From contig NW_003314320.1 of NCBI RefSeq assembly GCF_000143415.4, positions 662,183-726,182 of the forward strand: a stretch of 64,000 nt of DNA, in the 5' to 3' direction. The notes below the pieces were generated by a model. It was not told the origin of the DNA. It did not search any database and was given only the letters and a program-made list of their open reading frames with translations. Made by a program: the position numbers and the translations under genes. This DNA is from Selaginella moellendorffii. Lineage: Eukaryota; Plantae; Lycopodiophyta. This document shows, piece after piece, positions 1 through 13,416 of this stretch (positions within the stretch are counted from its first letter, which is position 1; every line of letters starts with the position of its first letter).

Positions 1-270
1 TTTGGAAAGAGTGGAAGAGCATGGAAGTTTTGTGCTTGCCGGTTGGATTTTTCTTTCGGAGATGCTAGCTTTGAAACTGGAACTTTGAAGCGTCCAGCAC
101 TTTCGGAAAGACTGGAAGAGCATTGCTCGTTTGGAAGTTTTGTGCATGCCTGCCAGTTTGGATTTTTCTTTCGGAGGTGCTAAAACTGGAACTTTGAAGC
201 TTCCAGCTCTTTTGGAAAGAGTTGAAGAGCATTGCTCGTTTGGAACTTTGGTGCTTGGCTGCCAGTTTTA
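1..270. repeat. Degenerate ~100-110 bp tandem repeat (about 2.5 units) inside the kinase intron
   Basis: Units begin TTTGGAAAGAGTGGAAGAGCAT (1), TTTCGGAAAGACTGGAAGAGCAT (101) and TTTGGAAAGAGTTGAAGAGCAT (211). GGATTTTTCTTTCGGAG and AAACTGGAACTTTGAAGC are shared by units 1 and 2. Confidence 0.85.
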
Positions 271-313
271 CTTCGTATCGGGTGACTGACAACTAGTTCG
301 TTTGATCACACAG

Positions 314-1226
314 ATTCTATGCCTCGGAAGTTCTTCTGGCACTGGAGTACCTCCATATGCTCGGGATCGTGTACAGGGACTTAAAGCCGGAGAACGTCCT
401 GGTGAGAGAAGACGGCCACATAATGCTGTCCGACTTCGACTTGTCACTCCGCTGCGTGGTGAGCCCGACTCTCGTCAAGTCTGCTGCCTTGGACGGCGAT
501 CCTCTCCGGCGGCTGCCACTCTACTGCGTCCAGCCATCCTGCGTCCAGCCGGCGTGCATCCAGCCAGTGTGCGCGCAGCCATCGTGTTTTCTCCCCAGGC
601 TCCTCCCGCAGATCTCCAAGAAAGGCCGGAAGTCGAAGAACGACGTCGGGAACCAAGTGAGCCCGCTGCCCGAGCTCGTAGCCGAGCCGACTGGAGCGAG
701 GTCCATGTCCTTCGTCGGCACTCACGAGTATCTGGCTCCGGAGATCATCAAAGGCGAGGGGCACGGGAGTGCTGTGGACTGGTGGACTTTCGGGATTTTT
801 CTCTACGAGCTTCTGCACGGAAAGACGCCGTTCAAAGGCACAGGCAACCGCGCGACGCTGTTCAACGTTGTTGGCCAGCCGCTCAAGTTTCCAGAGGCGT
901 CCGAGGTGGGATTCCCGGCGAGAGACTTGATCCGGGGGCTGCTCGTCAAGGACCCGCAGCACAGGCTGGGATCCAAGCGCGGTGCTACGGAGATCAAGCA
1001 GCATCCTTTCTTTGAAGGCGTCAACTGGGCCTTGATCCGATCGACCGCTCCTCCGGAAGTTCCCAGGCCGTTTGAGCCGGAAGTTGTGCGATCGACTTCC
1101 ACTGCTCAAGCTGTATCAGGGGAGAAATCTGGAGGAACAGGGACAGGGGCAGGGACAGGGACTGGAGGAGCAGCCAAAGGCGACTCGAATGGATCGAGCG
1201 CTTATCTCGACTTCGATTTTTTCTAG
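314..1226 (+). CDS. AGCVIII (AGC1) Ser/Thr kinase, D6PK-like; last exon only (5' part lies outside the window)
   Basis: Acceptor CAG at 311-313, then [27 protein letters not shown]. Contains the DFD motif, an activation-loop insertion with repeated CxxPxC ([21 protein letters not shown]), [14 protein letters not shown], and a C-terminal FxxF PIF motif (LDFDFF*). Confidence 0.95.
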
Positions 1227-2378
1227 CGGCATCATGCTGGAAAAGGTAGAAAAAACCACTTTTTTCTCTCTAGCAGCATCGGCAGTGGCAGCAGCAGCAG
1301 CAGCAGCAGCGATTTTTATTTATAGTTCTATAAATTTGGATCGATCGAAGAACAAGGAGACGATTGACGAAGCTGGTGTTGCTTGTAGGTGAAAAAAACG
1401 AAAGAAAAAAAATCCCAGGCGTGACACGGAAGTGACTTGCTCGTTGTCTCCTTTGTTCTTGCTTTCTCTTGATCTCTACGCTCTCTATTCAGGTGTATAT
1501 TATATAGTGATCTCTCCAAAGGCGGCAGTACTTCCATTTATACCAAGACGCCTCTTCCGGGAACTTGGGAAGAACAAGGAAAAAAAAAAATAATCAATCT
1601 TTGTCAAAAGCTTGGTGGTTTGTACCTTGGTGAAAATCAGATTTTTTTACTCGTGGTGTCGGTAGAAGTATACGGTGGGAGAGATCGAGATGTTTGCTGG
1701 TCCCTTTGTGTGCTTTGCAGGATCTTGTCCCGGCACTGTTTGCTAGCTGCGCGAATGGCAGACCATGTGGTGCGGGCGGAATATTCGACAGGCGGTGACG
1801 GAATATTTAGACGGGGATGGATATTCCGGTTACCTACGAGGAGGGACACTGTTCTTGATTATCGTCTCTCAAAGCACACGAGAAGATGGATGGAAGGCGC
1901 GATTTGCCAACAATGGGGGAGCTTCCAGGCGATGGTGCGTAGGGTTGCTTCTCGGCAGCGAGGCGGCGGAGCTAGCATCGATTGTCCGGTGAGCGCTGCG
2001 TCGGTCTAGGCTGGGAGCGATCGATATAGCGCCTTGCGCTTAGGGCTTTTGGACGAATTTGTGGGAATTCCTGGCGAATTCCTGGCAGCGGCTAGGCAGC
2101 GGCTTGTGGTTGGGAAATTTCGGTAGCGCAGCTCTTAGCTAGCAGGGATTTCCAGCACCGAGCGGGAGTTTTAGAACAGGTGATGAGAAATCTTGTGGCA
2201 GTGGCGCGATGTGGGATCGGGATAGAATCACCAGCGGCGGCTAGGCAGGAAAATCTCTGGGAAATATTGCATGGGATGGAGTGGCGGCTCGCGGCGCGTT
2301 TTATAATGCCTTGAGAAGAGCCGGGTTTAATTTTTCTTTCCTCTCTTCCTACGTCTATGGAGGTTTTGTCCACACGAC

Positions 2379-5300
2379 ATGGATGATATGGAAGCAAGCG
2401 AAGCATCTTCCACTCCAGGTAACAGCGAGCCGCCGGAGCAACGCTCGTTTCTTGCGCAGACCACTGAAGAAGTTGCCAGAGCCGCCGTAGCGGCCGCTGC
2501 CGCGATCAGGCCTCGACCATCCATTGTGGTTTCGTCCAGGCATCCGGTTGATAGCAGCAGTGCGTTCCAGAACAACAATAGCTTTAACAAATGGAGGCGC
2601 CAGCTTCAAAAGGTGTGGAAGTGGGGCTTGTACCCGCGTGAAGGTGGCAAGAAGAGCTCTTTCAATCCAGAGCTGCTGACCAAACAAAAGCGCCAGTGGA
2701 TCGAGCTGCAGCTTCAAGCGTTGGTAAAGCAAAAGCTCTTGGATTGTCTCTCTTTTTGACGCATTGCTGCAGGAGAAGAAGCAGAAGAAGGAACCAACCA
2801 GCATCTTTGAGCATTTTGTGGTGGTCGGCTTGCATCCCGAGACTAATGTGGAGGTTGTGGAGGCCGCGTTTGCGAAGAAGAAGGCCTGGGAGAGGAATGT
2901 GGAGAAAGCTGAGCGGCTGAGCGAGGCCGATCGGCAGTATCGCGGTGCTCCGGCTCCTACGTTGGAGCCTCAAGTAGGTGATTATTGTTTTCATGCATCT
3001 CGTTTGCTTACGTATCGATTTTGAGATTGCAGGTACTCTTCAAGTATCCTCCAGGGAAACGTCTACCTTTAAGAACCAAAGATCTCCCATCGTTTTGCTT
3101 CCCGAGTGGTGTCGAAGTACGTGCGTATAGTAAGCTTGCCTAGCTGTGACTGAACGAACTCTTTGATTGCCTGTAGGCCAAAGTCGTTGAGCGGACCCCT
3201 TCCATGAGCGATTTGAACGAGGTCGTTTATGGACAGGTACTGAGACTTTTTGTTCTTTCAGTTTTATTCACTTTTATCATTTGCAGGACCATCAGGTGCG
3301 AGATGATCTGTCTTTCGTTTTTGTTCTCAAGGTGTGTAAAAGCTCTCTCAATCATAAAAAGCTACATCGTATTAAGTTTGCAGGTAGCAGATAATGCAAC
3401 GCTTTATGGAATCTGCATTTTCGTTCGCGAGATTGTTCAAAGGGCGCCAGGATTTTTTTCAGTAAACACGCCCTTATCGTCGTCCAGGTTGACGCGAAGC
3501 CGGTTTCTGGTCTCCGCACCCCGATGCTACTGCATTCTCACGAAGCTTCCTTTTTTCCACCTACATTTTGAAGTATTGCAGAGGTACGTGCTAAAAGAGC
3601 GAGTGCTCTACGATTGCTAATGGTTTTTTCTTCTCTGGCAGTATTATTGCACAGGAGCGGCTTGATCGGATCAACCAATGTGTTAGCGAAATGAAGATAT
3701 CCGACTACGTGCCTCCACTTGTTAAGCTCGGAAGTAAGGCAAATGGGAAAGCCAATTCCCCAAGGGATGACGATGAGGACGGCTGGATGGAGAGTGCAAT
3801 TCCCGTCGAAGACGTTCTAGGGGCAACAGCAGCAGCTGCGGGCTTGATTTCCGAGAGCGAGATGAACTCATTTTCTTCTCTGAAGCACTCTAGCTTCTCC
3901 GAGAGAGACACTGAGTCGGGAGAAAGTGCTGAGATTTGTGCGACTGCCGAGAGTAGAGAATCAAACGGGCATATGGTGGAACAGAATGAGTCAGAGTTGC
4001 AAGCGTCTTCGCCAGATGATGTCCTTGCGAGCAGTACTGTGGATACGCCTCCGTCACACCGTGGCCATGAACGAGCTGAAAGCTCCGACTCCATTTACAG
4101 GTACGCCGTGCAAACACGTTCTAATGATGTACGTCTCACTCGTACTTTTACTGTGGCAGTGTTGTGGAAAGCTGTACTCAAAGCCTGGATTCTGACGAAG
4201 AAAATTGCGAGACAAGCGGTTTGGGTCAGGATGACATCGGTGTAGACTCTGTTTTCAAATGGGCCGAGGTGCTATCAGTTGTTTTCATTTATCTTATATT
4301 TTACATGTTCTTCTCTTTTCGCCTTCAGGAAAATAACTGTGACGCGTTGCGTATAATCTGTATGTATTACCACCTTCCAGTACCTCCCAGAGGCAGTCCG
4401 GTGTTTTTCCGGCCTCTCGACCATCTACAACCTTTGAACTTTGTCAGACCTCGGGAAGCAACCGACGATCCAGATGGATCGAAGAGCGGCCTGGAGCTAG
4501 CTGAGGTAACAGTGTTTTATAGTTTCATCTGATTCTAAACCTTGGACGCGTTCAATATAGGCCCACGAAACTGCAGCGGCGGAAGAAGAGGCCATTCTAC
4601 TGTCGCTGTGGACTGTGTCTACCGTGTGCAGATCACTCTCCCTTGATACCGTGGGTTTATTTGATACCCAGTGCTTGCAGTGCTATCTAACTGTTTTTCT
4701 TGGCAGATACTCTCTATGGTTGCTGGAGCTTTACTCGAGAGACAAATGGTGGTTGTTTGTCCGAACGTTGTAAGTGGCATGGATTTATTTGCAACAGTTT
4801 CTCAGGTTTTGTCTGCCGCAGGGCATTTTATGTGCAGTTGTACTCTCCATAATCCCCATGCTGAGACCATTTCAATGGCAGAGTCTACTGCTGCCGGTAA
4901 GTTTTAATTACGTCATGCCCGTTATCCCGAGCTTTGGCACAGGTACTTCCATATAAAATGCTGGACTTTCTCGACGCCCCGGTGCCTTTTGTAGTAAGTC
5001 ATTACCTCTGTTTACATCTATTGGTGGTAGTGACTATAACTTCTCCAGGTTGGCGTCCAACACAAAAGCTCTGAAGTGCGCTCCAAAATTTCCAACTTGA
5101 TGCGTGTGAATGTATATAAGAACCAGGTATAAGCTACTGCGTTTGATGCTCTCTTGGCTGAAAGCTTCCTTTCGTTCAGGTGACTGTGTCTTACTTGCCT
5201 CAGTTGCCGAGACAGAGAGAGCTGGTAGCGGCACTGGAAACGTATCACTCCGAGCTCGCGGCTGTGGACTTTAAAGCAAAGAGACATCCAGTCCACGAGT

Positions 5301-5717
5301 ACACGGAATCACAGGTAGTTTGCTCCGGTTGGTGCGACTGAACGAGAGATGGTTTCGGCATTGCAGGCACAGGCAGCGGATGGCTTTTTGAAGACTCTTA
5401 GAAGCTACTTAGAATCGCTATGCGCGGACGTGCGCGCTCACACGATCACAAACGTTCAATCTAATAACGACCGAGTAAGTCTCTCCGGCTTGTTGTATCA
5501 TCTAACGACGCATATCCCGTCCAGGTCTCGTTGCTTTTGAAGGAGAGTTTTATTGATTCCTTCCCCAGCCGAGATCGTCCTTTTATCAAGGTAACACAAG
5601 ATAGTACTTACTACAGTTTTCACAAGAAAACTAAAAGCTCGTTCTACTACTTCGCAGCTGTTCGCTGATACTCAACTCTTTTCGGTACATACTGACGCCG
5701 TTCTATCGAGCTTTTGA
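2379..5717 (+). CDS. DENN (AEX-3) domain protein, putative Rab GEF; multi-exon
   Basis: Spliced peptides EPTSIFEHFVVVGL, LEPQVLFKYPPGKRL, FCFPSGVE, LYGICIFVREIV, APRCYCILTKLPFF, LLERQMVVVCPN, LRPFQWQSLLLP, DFLDAPVPF, LFADTQLFSVHTD. ~50 nt GT-AG introns; TGA at 5715-5717. Confidence 0.9.
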
Positions 5718-5907
5718 TAAGTGTACACTGGCAGGCTTGTAATTTTTTTCTTTCTTTCTTGGTTCCCTCACACTTTTATCCAGCTGACGGGGTGTATCTA
5801 CATATAAAAGAGAAACTTTTGAGACAAAAATAGCCACTCATATAGTAAGTTAATAGTTTTACAAAACGGAGAAAAAAGAAGAAAAAATTCACCCAGTTTG
5901 GCGGAGT

Positions 5908-6925
<1,018 letters not shown>

Positions 6926-7112
6926 CGCTCGCGCCTCGCGCTCTTCTTTCTAGGGCTCCTGGCAAAAACCCGAGCAAAGAAATCGCCACCGTCGGTTCTC
7001 GTGCAATCCCAGCCGTCAATCGCCCAACGGTCGAGATTTTCTCAATCACAGCCGTCGGACACCAACAGCCACGATATCCCTTGTACAAAACAACGAGCGA
7101 GAAAATTTGTAT

Positions 7113-9300
7113 TTAGACCGCTTTCACAGTGAGGCCGCTGGGATGGTGGTGGTAGACTTCGTCCCTGGAAGGCATTTCCAAGCAACAATTAGCTCCCTGA
7201 AGCCCACCTTGGAGGACGCTACTGGAGCTATAGTCGACGTTCATGCTAAACGCTCCAACGCTTCCGTGCGATGAGCAGTCTGTCAATGCCGGCGAGAATG
7301 GCCTCGAGTTGTCTTGGACAGCAAGCTGCTGAAGCCTCGATCTCGCAAGCTTCGATGCCAATTCACCGTCCCCTACCTGTGGTTGTGTTTTTCGAGCACG
7401 GAGTGAGGAGGCAGTCGAGAAAAATGAGAGCTTTACCTTGTTGAGAGCTGCCATTTCCACGTCTCGAGCCGTCACTCCCCGCTTGACACGGTCCCGGACT
7501 TGCGTGCGTCTCAACGTCTTGAGCTCCTCCTCCAAGCCGACCTTTTCGCTCTTGAGCTTGTTGATCTCCATCAAGAGCTGGTTCACCGTGTTCATCAAAT
7601 CCATCTTTTCTGGTGGTATGCGGCCGTTGCGTGGTTGCCGGACCAAGAACTGGATATATAAAACACGAAGCTCGCTCAGAGAGATGGACAATCAAAAGAG
7701 AGAAAGAGAAAAAAGCTTTGTACCTTTTGGTTGAGCTTCAAAGTTTCGAGCTCTGTTCGGGCTTTCTCGTTATCCTGTGGTGCCAGAAAAGCAAATAAGA
7801 ACGCGATGAAAACCAAAGAGCAAATTCTGGAAATAAACAGCAAACCTTCCGCAGTTGGAAAACTTGAGAAACCAGCTGAGATCGCGCACTGGATTCCTCC
7901 TTGAGGCTGGCTTCTAGCATGGCCCTGGATGCCTCGACAGAATGGAGCTTGTCTTGCAAAGCTGTTAGCTCCTTCTGGACTTCCATAAGCCGTCCTTGAC
8001 CTTGTTGCTCTTCCGTTTCATACATTTTTAGCTTAGATTTTAATTGCTGCACTTCGGCATTGAAGAGTTTCTGTAGAGCACAACAACGTCACGTTCTCGT
8101 TGAATAAGAACAAAGAATGTTTCTGGTAGACAGATAGCAAATAGAAACAAAAACAGACAGTACGCACCTGCAAGGACTGTAACTCTTGGCGAAGTAAATG
8201 CTTCTCAAATCCAGCCTCGTCACCGCTAGGCACAGCTTGGCCCGTTGGCTGCTTCTTATCCCGCGTCAGCTGCATCTCGTTGCGCAACTCCTCATTCTCT
8301 TGTTTCAACTGCGATCCCCCATTAACGGCAACGTCAAAATCTATCAAGCACACAGGAAACAAAGCTATAAACTAAAGACCTTTCCGCGAATGAGAACGAG
8401 TGTGTCGTTCTTTGCGTCCACAATCACCCTTAATAAAGTCAAGCTGTTCTCCAATCTCGTCAGCTGCAAGGGAAAAAAAACAAGTCATACACAGTACGTG
8501 AGCATCAACCTGTGATCTTATCTATATCTCTCCTTTTGCTTGCACAAGAGAAAAAAAAAAATCAAAATTCTCGTACCTGTTGCATGATAAGTCTGCCCTC
8601 TCCAGAATCTGGTGCTACTTTTTGCGGCAACTTGCCGACTTCAAAACCGGAAGGCTTAAAAGTAGGAAGAACGTGTCGTTGGAAGCTGTCCACGGAATCC
8701 GCGAGGCTGCTGACAATCGCTGTGCTCTTGCACAGAGCCTCCTCCAAACTCCGGATGTGGTCGGCCATTCGAGACTCTTGAGAGCCGGCGTTGTGCCTGG
8801 CCTCCTCGAACGCACGCAGCGCCTCCTCCTTCTGTATGTGCAGTTCATCCCTCTCGTTGATCACCTCCCGCAGCTGCGCCGACGTGCCTTGCAACAGTGA
8901 CTTGAGCTGCTCCACCTCGCACTTGAGCTGCGAAGTTTGCGACTGGACGAGTGATGACACCTCCGCGTCACGGTGCTGTCGCAGCCTCTGGAGCTCAATC
9001 CTCTGAAATGAGAGAAAACGAATCACTCCTTAAAAGTAGCTACTTGAAAGAAGAAAAGCTCACAGCAAACTTGTAAAGTACCTGGTTTTTCTCCCTGGCG
9101 ATGACATCGTTAAGCTGGCACCTCAACAAATCGTTCTCGTTCCTCAGCGACTGGGACAACACGCTTTCGACGTCTGTTAACTTGGGCTGGACTTTCTTCT
9201 GCAAATCCAATCGTGTCACCAAAAAAATAAAAATCCAAAATGTGGCACTCACATCTGGTGTAGATGATCTGTCGCCAACAACACTCCGATTTCCATCCAT
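7113..9300 (-). CDS. Uncharacterised long coiled-coil protein, multi-exon (start codon uncertain)
   Basis: Several minus-strand E/Q/L/K heptad-rich exons (e.g. QLKCEVEQLKSLLQ, LMEINKLKSEKVGLEEELK) bounded by GT-AG introns. Stop TAA at 7113-7115; likely start MDGNRSVV at 9300. No domain recognised. Confidence 0.7.
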
Positions 9301-10251
9301 GTCTGCATCAAAACAATCGTCAGGATCCAGCACCACTCACGCTAAAATACATTTTTTCCTTCTCTCCTCGTGGATGGGAGCAAAGCAAACTAGGAGGAGG
9401 AATTACACATAGGCGACATGATCCGCCCACTGGGAAAAAAACCGAACTTACGCTGTGTGCCCTAAACCTATTTTACCGGTTAGGGCAAAAGTGGGCGCGC
9501 CGGAAGAGCGCCGCAACCTCATGGATCCACAATGCGCGGCGCCGAGGAGGAGGAGAATCGAGAAAAACTCTGCCCTGATTCATCGCGGTGATTGACCGAG
9601 CAATCGATCGCGCCGGCCACAGCGCGAAACTCTTTTTCTCCCGTTCTAGCCCTAAAATAAATTCGGACCCCCTTTCGCGCGCTAGAGCAAAGGGGTCGCT
9701 CGATCGAATCCTGCCACTGCCTGCCGTAAAAAGAATGAAAGTTACAGTTACGGTCGGGGCATAGTTGAAAGAATCTAGGTTAGCGTGTCACCGAATATGC
9801 CCTCCCCCGAGGAAGAGGAGAGAATCGCAGAGAGAGGGGGGCGGGGAGGGGGAAATTGTATCCTCGGGAACTCTGAATCGCGGCAATGGAATCCAAGGCG
9901 CGAGTAGTAATTCCATCCTCCTCTTCTCTCTCCCTCCTCCCCTCCTCTCTCTCGCTCGGCCGGAGGAATATATAGAGGGGATGAGGGCTTGGATTCGTTT
10001 CGCGATGCCCTACGGCAATTCCTCGCGCGCTTGTTCTTCCTGTTCTCCTTCGTGTTCTTGCGCTAGATCGGCGCTGCGATAGCAAGAATTGGGGTGACAA
10101 TCGGCAATGCGGGAAACAGAGTGGGGTGTTTGACCACCGCTCTCCTCTCTCTTTTTTATTCCTTGATTGATCCCCTCTCCTCTCGCTTTCTCACAATATC
10201 ACGGCAGCTGGGTCCGTGATCCACGGCGGCCTCCTCTAGCGCGTCGATTTC

Positions 10252-10473
10252 GTGTGGCCGGCCAGCGCAATTCTCCCTCTCCCCCTTCCAATCGCGCCAT
10301 TGGGGTTCTTGGTGGAATTTCTCGCCATTGCTGTTCTTGCGCTAATGGTTATCATCGAGCAACGCGTCTCTTCTATGTCACCGTGGAGGCCAGATCGTCG
10401 CGGCTCAAGAATTGGTAGCTTCAGATCTCCCAGGATCCAGGGATCATCGCCACAATTCCAGGTAAATCACTGA
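10252..10473 (+). other. Candidate upstream ORF (GTG start as called) in the Sec14 5' leader
   Basis: 73-codon frame with a hydrophobic stretch GFLVEFLAIAVLALMVII and a basic tail RRGSRIGSFRSPRIQGSSPQFQVNH*, ending 335 nt before the main ATG. Confidence 0.35.
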
Positions 10474-10808
10474 GACTTCTTGTTTAGAGAATCTACACGT
10501 ACCACCACTACTACTACTACTACTGCTACTGCTCCGGCTACTACTTCTCCGCCGAGAATTTTTTTCTTCGATCGACTGCATCATCCTTCTTCATCAGCCA
10601 TACATACAGTCTCGTCGGTTGAGTCGGCCCATCAGAAACTAGAAATTCTTCGCCAGCCATCGCAGATCTTCTCACCAGCCAGTCCAAAAATACTTCCTTA
10701 CGCCTCCCAAAAATTTAACGCGCAGAGAATCATTCAAGTCCGACCGCTACAGATCAAATTCTTCTTCTTCCCGAGAGTCAAGTTCTATAAAGAGCTCCCC
10801 TTGAAACG

Positions 10809-13014
10809 ATGGATTGTGAATCCATCAAGCAAATGGAAGCTCTCTTAGAACAAGGTAAAGTTTCTCCAGTCTCTCGCAGGCACAGTTCTCTCTTCTGGTT
10901 CCACGAGAGTTCTTCTTTCCTTTTTGTTCTTGATAGATTCTAAGTTTCTTAGGACAGTGCTTGGTGGTTGTTCTAATGGCTATTTTTTTTCTTGCTCTCC
11001 GTTTTGTTTATTAGATTCTCGTCAACTTAACTAACACTTTGCTTTGATCGCATGATACGTTTCCTGGGCGGTGTTTGTAGCCGATGAGCCTCTCCAGCGA
11101 TCTTTCCAGGTGACTTCAAACTTTTGCGAGATTGGCCCATGCAAGAGTTGTCTTTTTTGCTTCTTCTTCTTGCCTGAGCTTCGACTTCTCGTGTGGATGG
11201 ATTCGCGTGTTAAGTGTCTTTCCTTGGAGCACAGCGACTTTTTTCCTTTGAATCTAGAAACGTGTTGCTTCCCTTTCCTGTATGTTTGTGTTTGTTTCCT
11301 TTTTTTCCTCTCTTTCTAATTTGTGTACGCGTGGTGGGGACTGTTTGGAAGCTCTTATGGTGGAATCGATTTTTTTCCGAGTGATGGGATTCGTTTCTTG
11401 ACTGACTTCTTACAAAACCAAAAAGTTTCTGGGTGGACTTCTCACTCATGCTTTTACGTGTATCAGAATATGCATCAAGGATTCAAGGAAAATAATCTGG
11501 AGCGCTTTCTGCGAGCGCGGGAAGGCAATGTCGTCAAAGCCAACAAGATGGTAAACGTCATCGCTGTCAGTGAGTTCGATGCTAACTTGTTCGTGACAAT
11601 CCCAGCTTGTGGATTCCTTAAATTGGAGAGTAAGCAACGACATCGACGACATTCTCTCTGTAAGCATTCTGATTTCCATTCGTCCATTCATTTCTCGGTT
11701 AAGTAAGGTCGTTGTTTGAGCTTTTTTCTCCTTTTCCTAGAAACCGATTGAGCCGAAAGAATTGTACGATGCAATCCGAGAATCACAGCTTGTTGGCATG
11801 TCCGGATTCGACAAGCAGGTAACTTTCAATCGTGAAAGTTCTTTAGTTTTTTTCCCGGATCATGTGGATAATCCAGATCCCGAGATTCTTTTCAGGGTAG
11901 ACCTGTCTTTGCTATCGGAGTAGGACATAGTGGCTACGATAGAGCACCGGTGAGTTTTCTCTGAGCCAAAAAGCTGTCGAAAATTTCTCCTAAAGTTTTT
12001 AACTCCGGGATTTCTTGTCCAGCTTGACAAGTATGTACAATCGCACATTCAGATTAACGAATACCGTGACCGTGTTGTTCTTGTAAGTTTTTCAATGCTC
12101 CTCTTGTATTTTCCTTTTGTTTCTTCTCAAGTAGTTCTAAACCTTTTTTTCACTTTTGTCAACACATCCAGCCAGCTGCGTCAAGGCAATTGGGACGATA
12201 CGTAGGCTCGTGTTTGAAGATTCTTGACATGACTGGCCTCAAGCTATCAGCTTTGAACCGGATCAAGGTAGGTTTTCTAATTCTTTTTTTGCCTGATATC
12301 ATATACAATCCTTCTCCAGATCTTGACGGTCATTTCAACCATCGATGATCTAAACTATCCCGAGAAAACGGACGCGTACTACATTGTCAATGCTCCTTAC
12401 GTTTTCACTGCGTGCTGGAAGGTAAACAACTTAAATTCTCTTCTAAGTTAAGTTGTTCCCTTCATCGTCTGGTAGGCTGTCAAACCATTGCTGCAAGAAC
12501 GCACGAAGAAAAAGATCAAAGTTTTGCAAGGCTCGGGTAGAGAAGAGCTCCTTAAGGTGACGGTTTTCTCCATTAAGTTAAGGAGTTCTCCAAACGATAT
12601 TTACCATTTTTTTTTTTCTCGACTTTGCAGGTCATGGATGCGAGTGTCATTCCGGAGTTTTGCCGGCCATCCAAAGAATCGAGAGGGAAAACCACGCCGA
12701 TAGAGCCCAGCACTAGCTGCTTCTCATCGTCACATCCTTTCCACATAGAGCTATGGAGCTACATCAAGCAGCGAGCTCTCGAGTCCCAATCAAGGAAGTG
12801 TGGGCCAGCTCCAACTCTCTCTTTTCACGTGAAAGTCCCAGACAAAGCCTCGGAGGGGAGCTCGGAAGTCGTCCAGATCATCGAGTCGACGTTAGAGCAC
12901 TTAAATCTGGACGAGGATGGTAGCGTTAGTGGTAATGGTAGCACCAGCGGCAGTAACCATGGTAGCAGCCACCATGGTACCGACGACGAAGCAAGCAGCA
13001 AAGCTCGAGAGTGA
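10809..13014 (+). CDS. Sec14p-like CRAL-TRIO phosphatidylinositol transfer protein
   Basis: MDCESIKQMEALLEQ, NMHQGFKENNLERFLRAREGNV, YVQSHIQINEYRDRVVLP, CLKILDMTGLKLSAL, IDDLNYPEKTDAYYIVNAPYVFTACWKAVKPLLQERTKKKIKVLQG. Confidence 0.92.
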
Positions 13015-13416
13015 GCAAAAAATTTTCCCCATCTTTCTCAACTTCTTTTTCTTGCTTTTGACACCAACAATGGTGAAGAAAGCCTTTAGAGCAAACACAA
13101 AAATTTTCCAGCGTCTTGTTCGTCCTTTTTATTAGTGCAGTGTTCTCTCCATGTATCTATCTCCACGTTTTTTTTTTTTTTTTTCTCTTTCCTCTTGTTT
13201 GGAGCGTTCTGTTGTCAATAGAGAGATGGAAGGCAGTGGTTGGATTCGCATTTTTATATAGCGACAGTCCCGGGAATCGAACCCCCGACCGCCAAGAAGC
13301 GAAGGGAAGGAGAAGATGCAAGGCGCTGGTATTTCCTCGTTTGATCCGGCCGGGAGCGCCGAAGCGATGGAGTGAGGTTAGGGTTTTGTGTTGCGCGAGA
13401 GCTGGGATCGCCGAAT

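Noticed and set aside
302-1109. Overlapping ORFs 302-1015 (+) and 444-1109 (-)
   Set aside because: Shadow frames of the GC-rich kinase exon.
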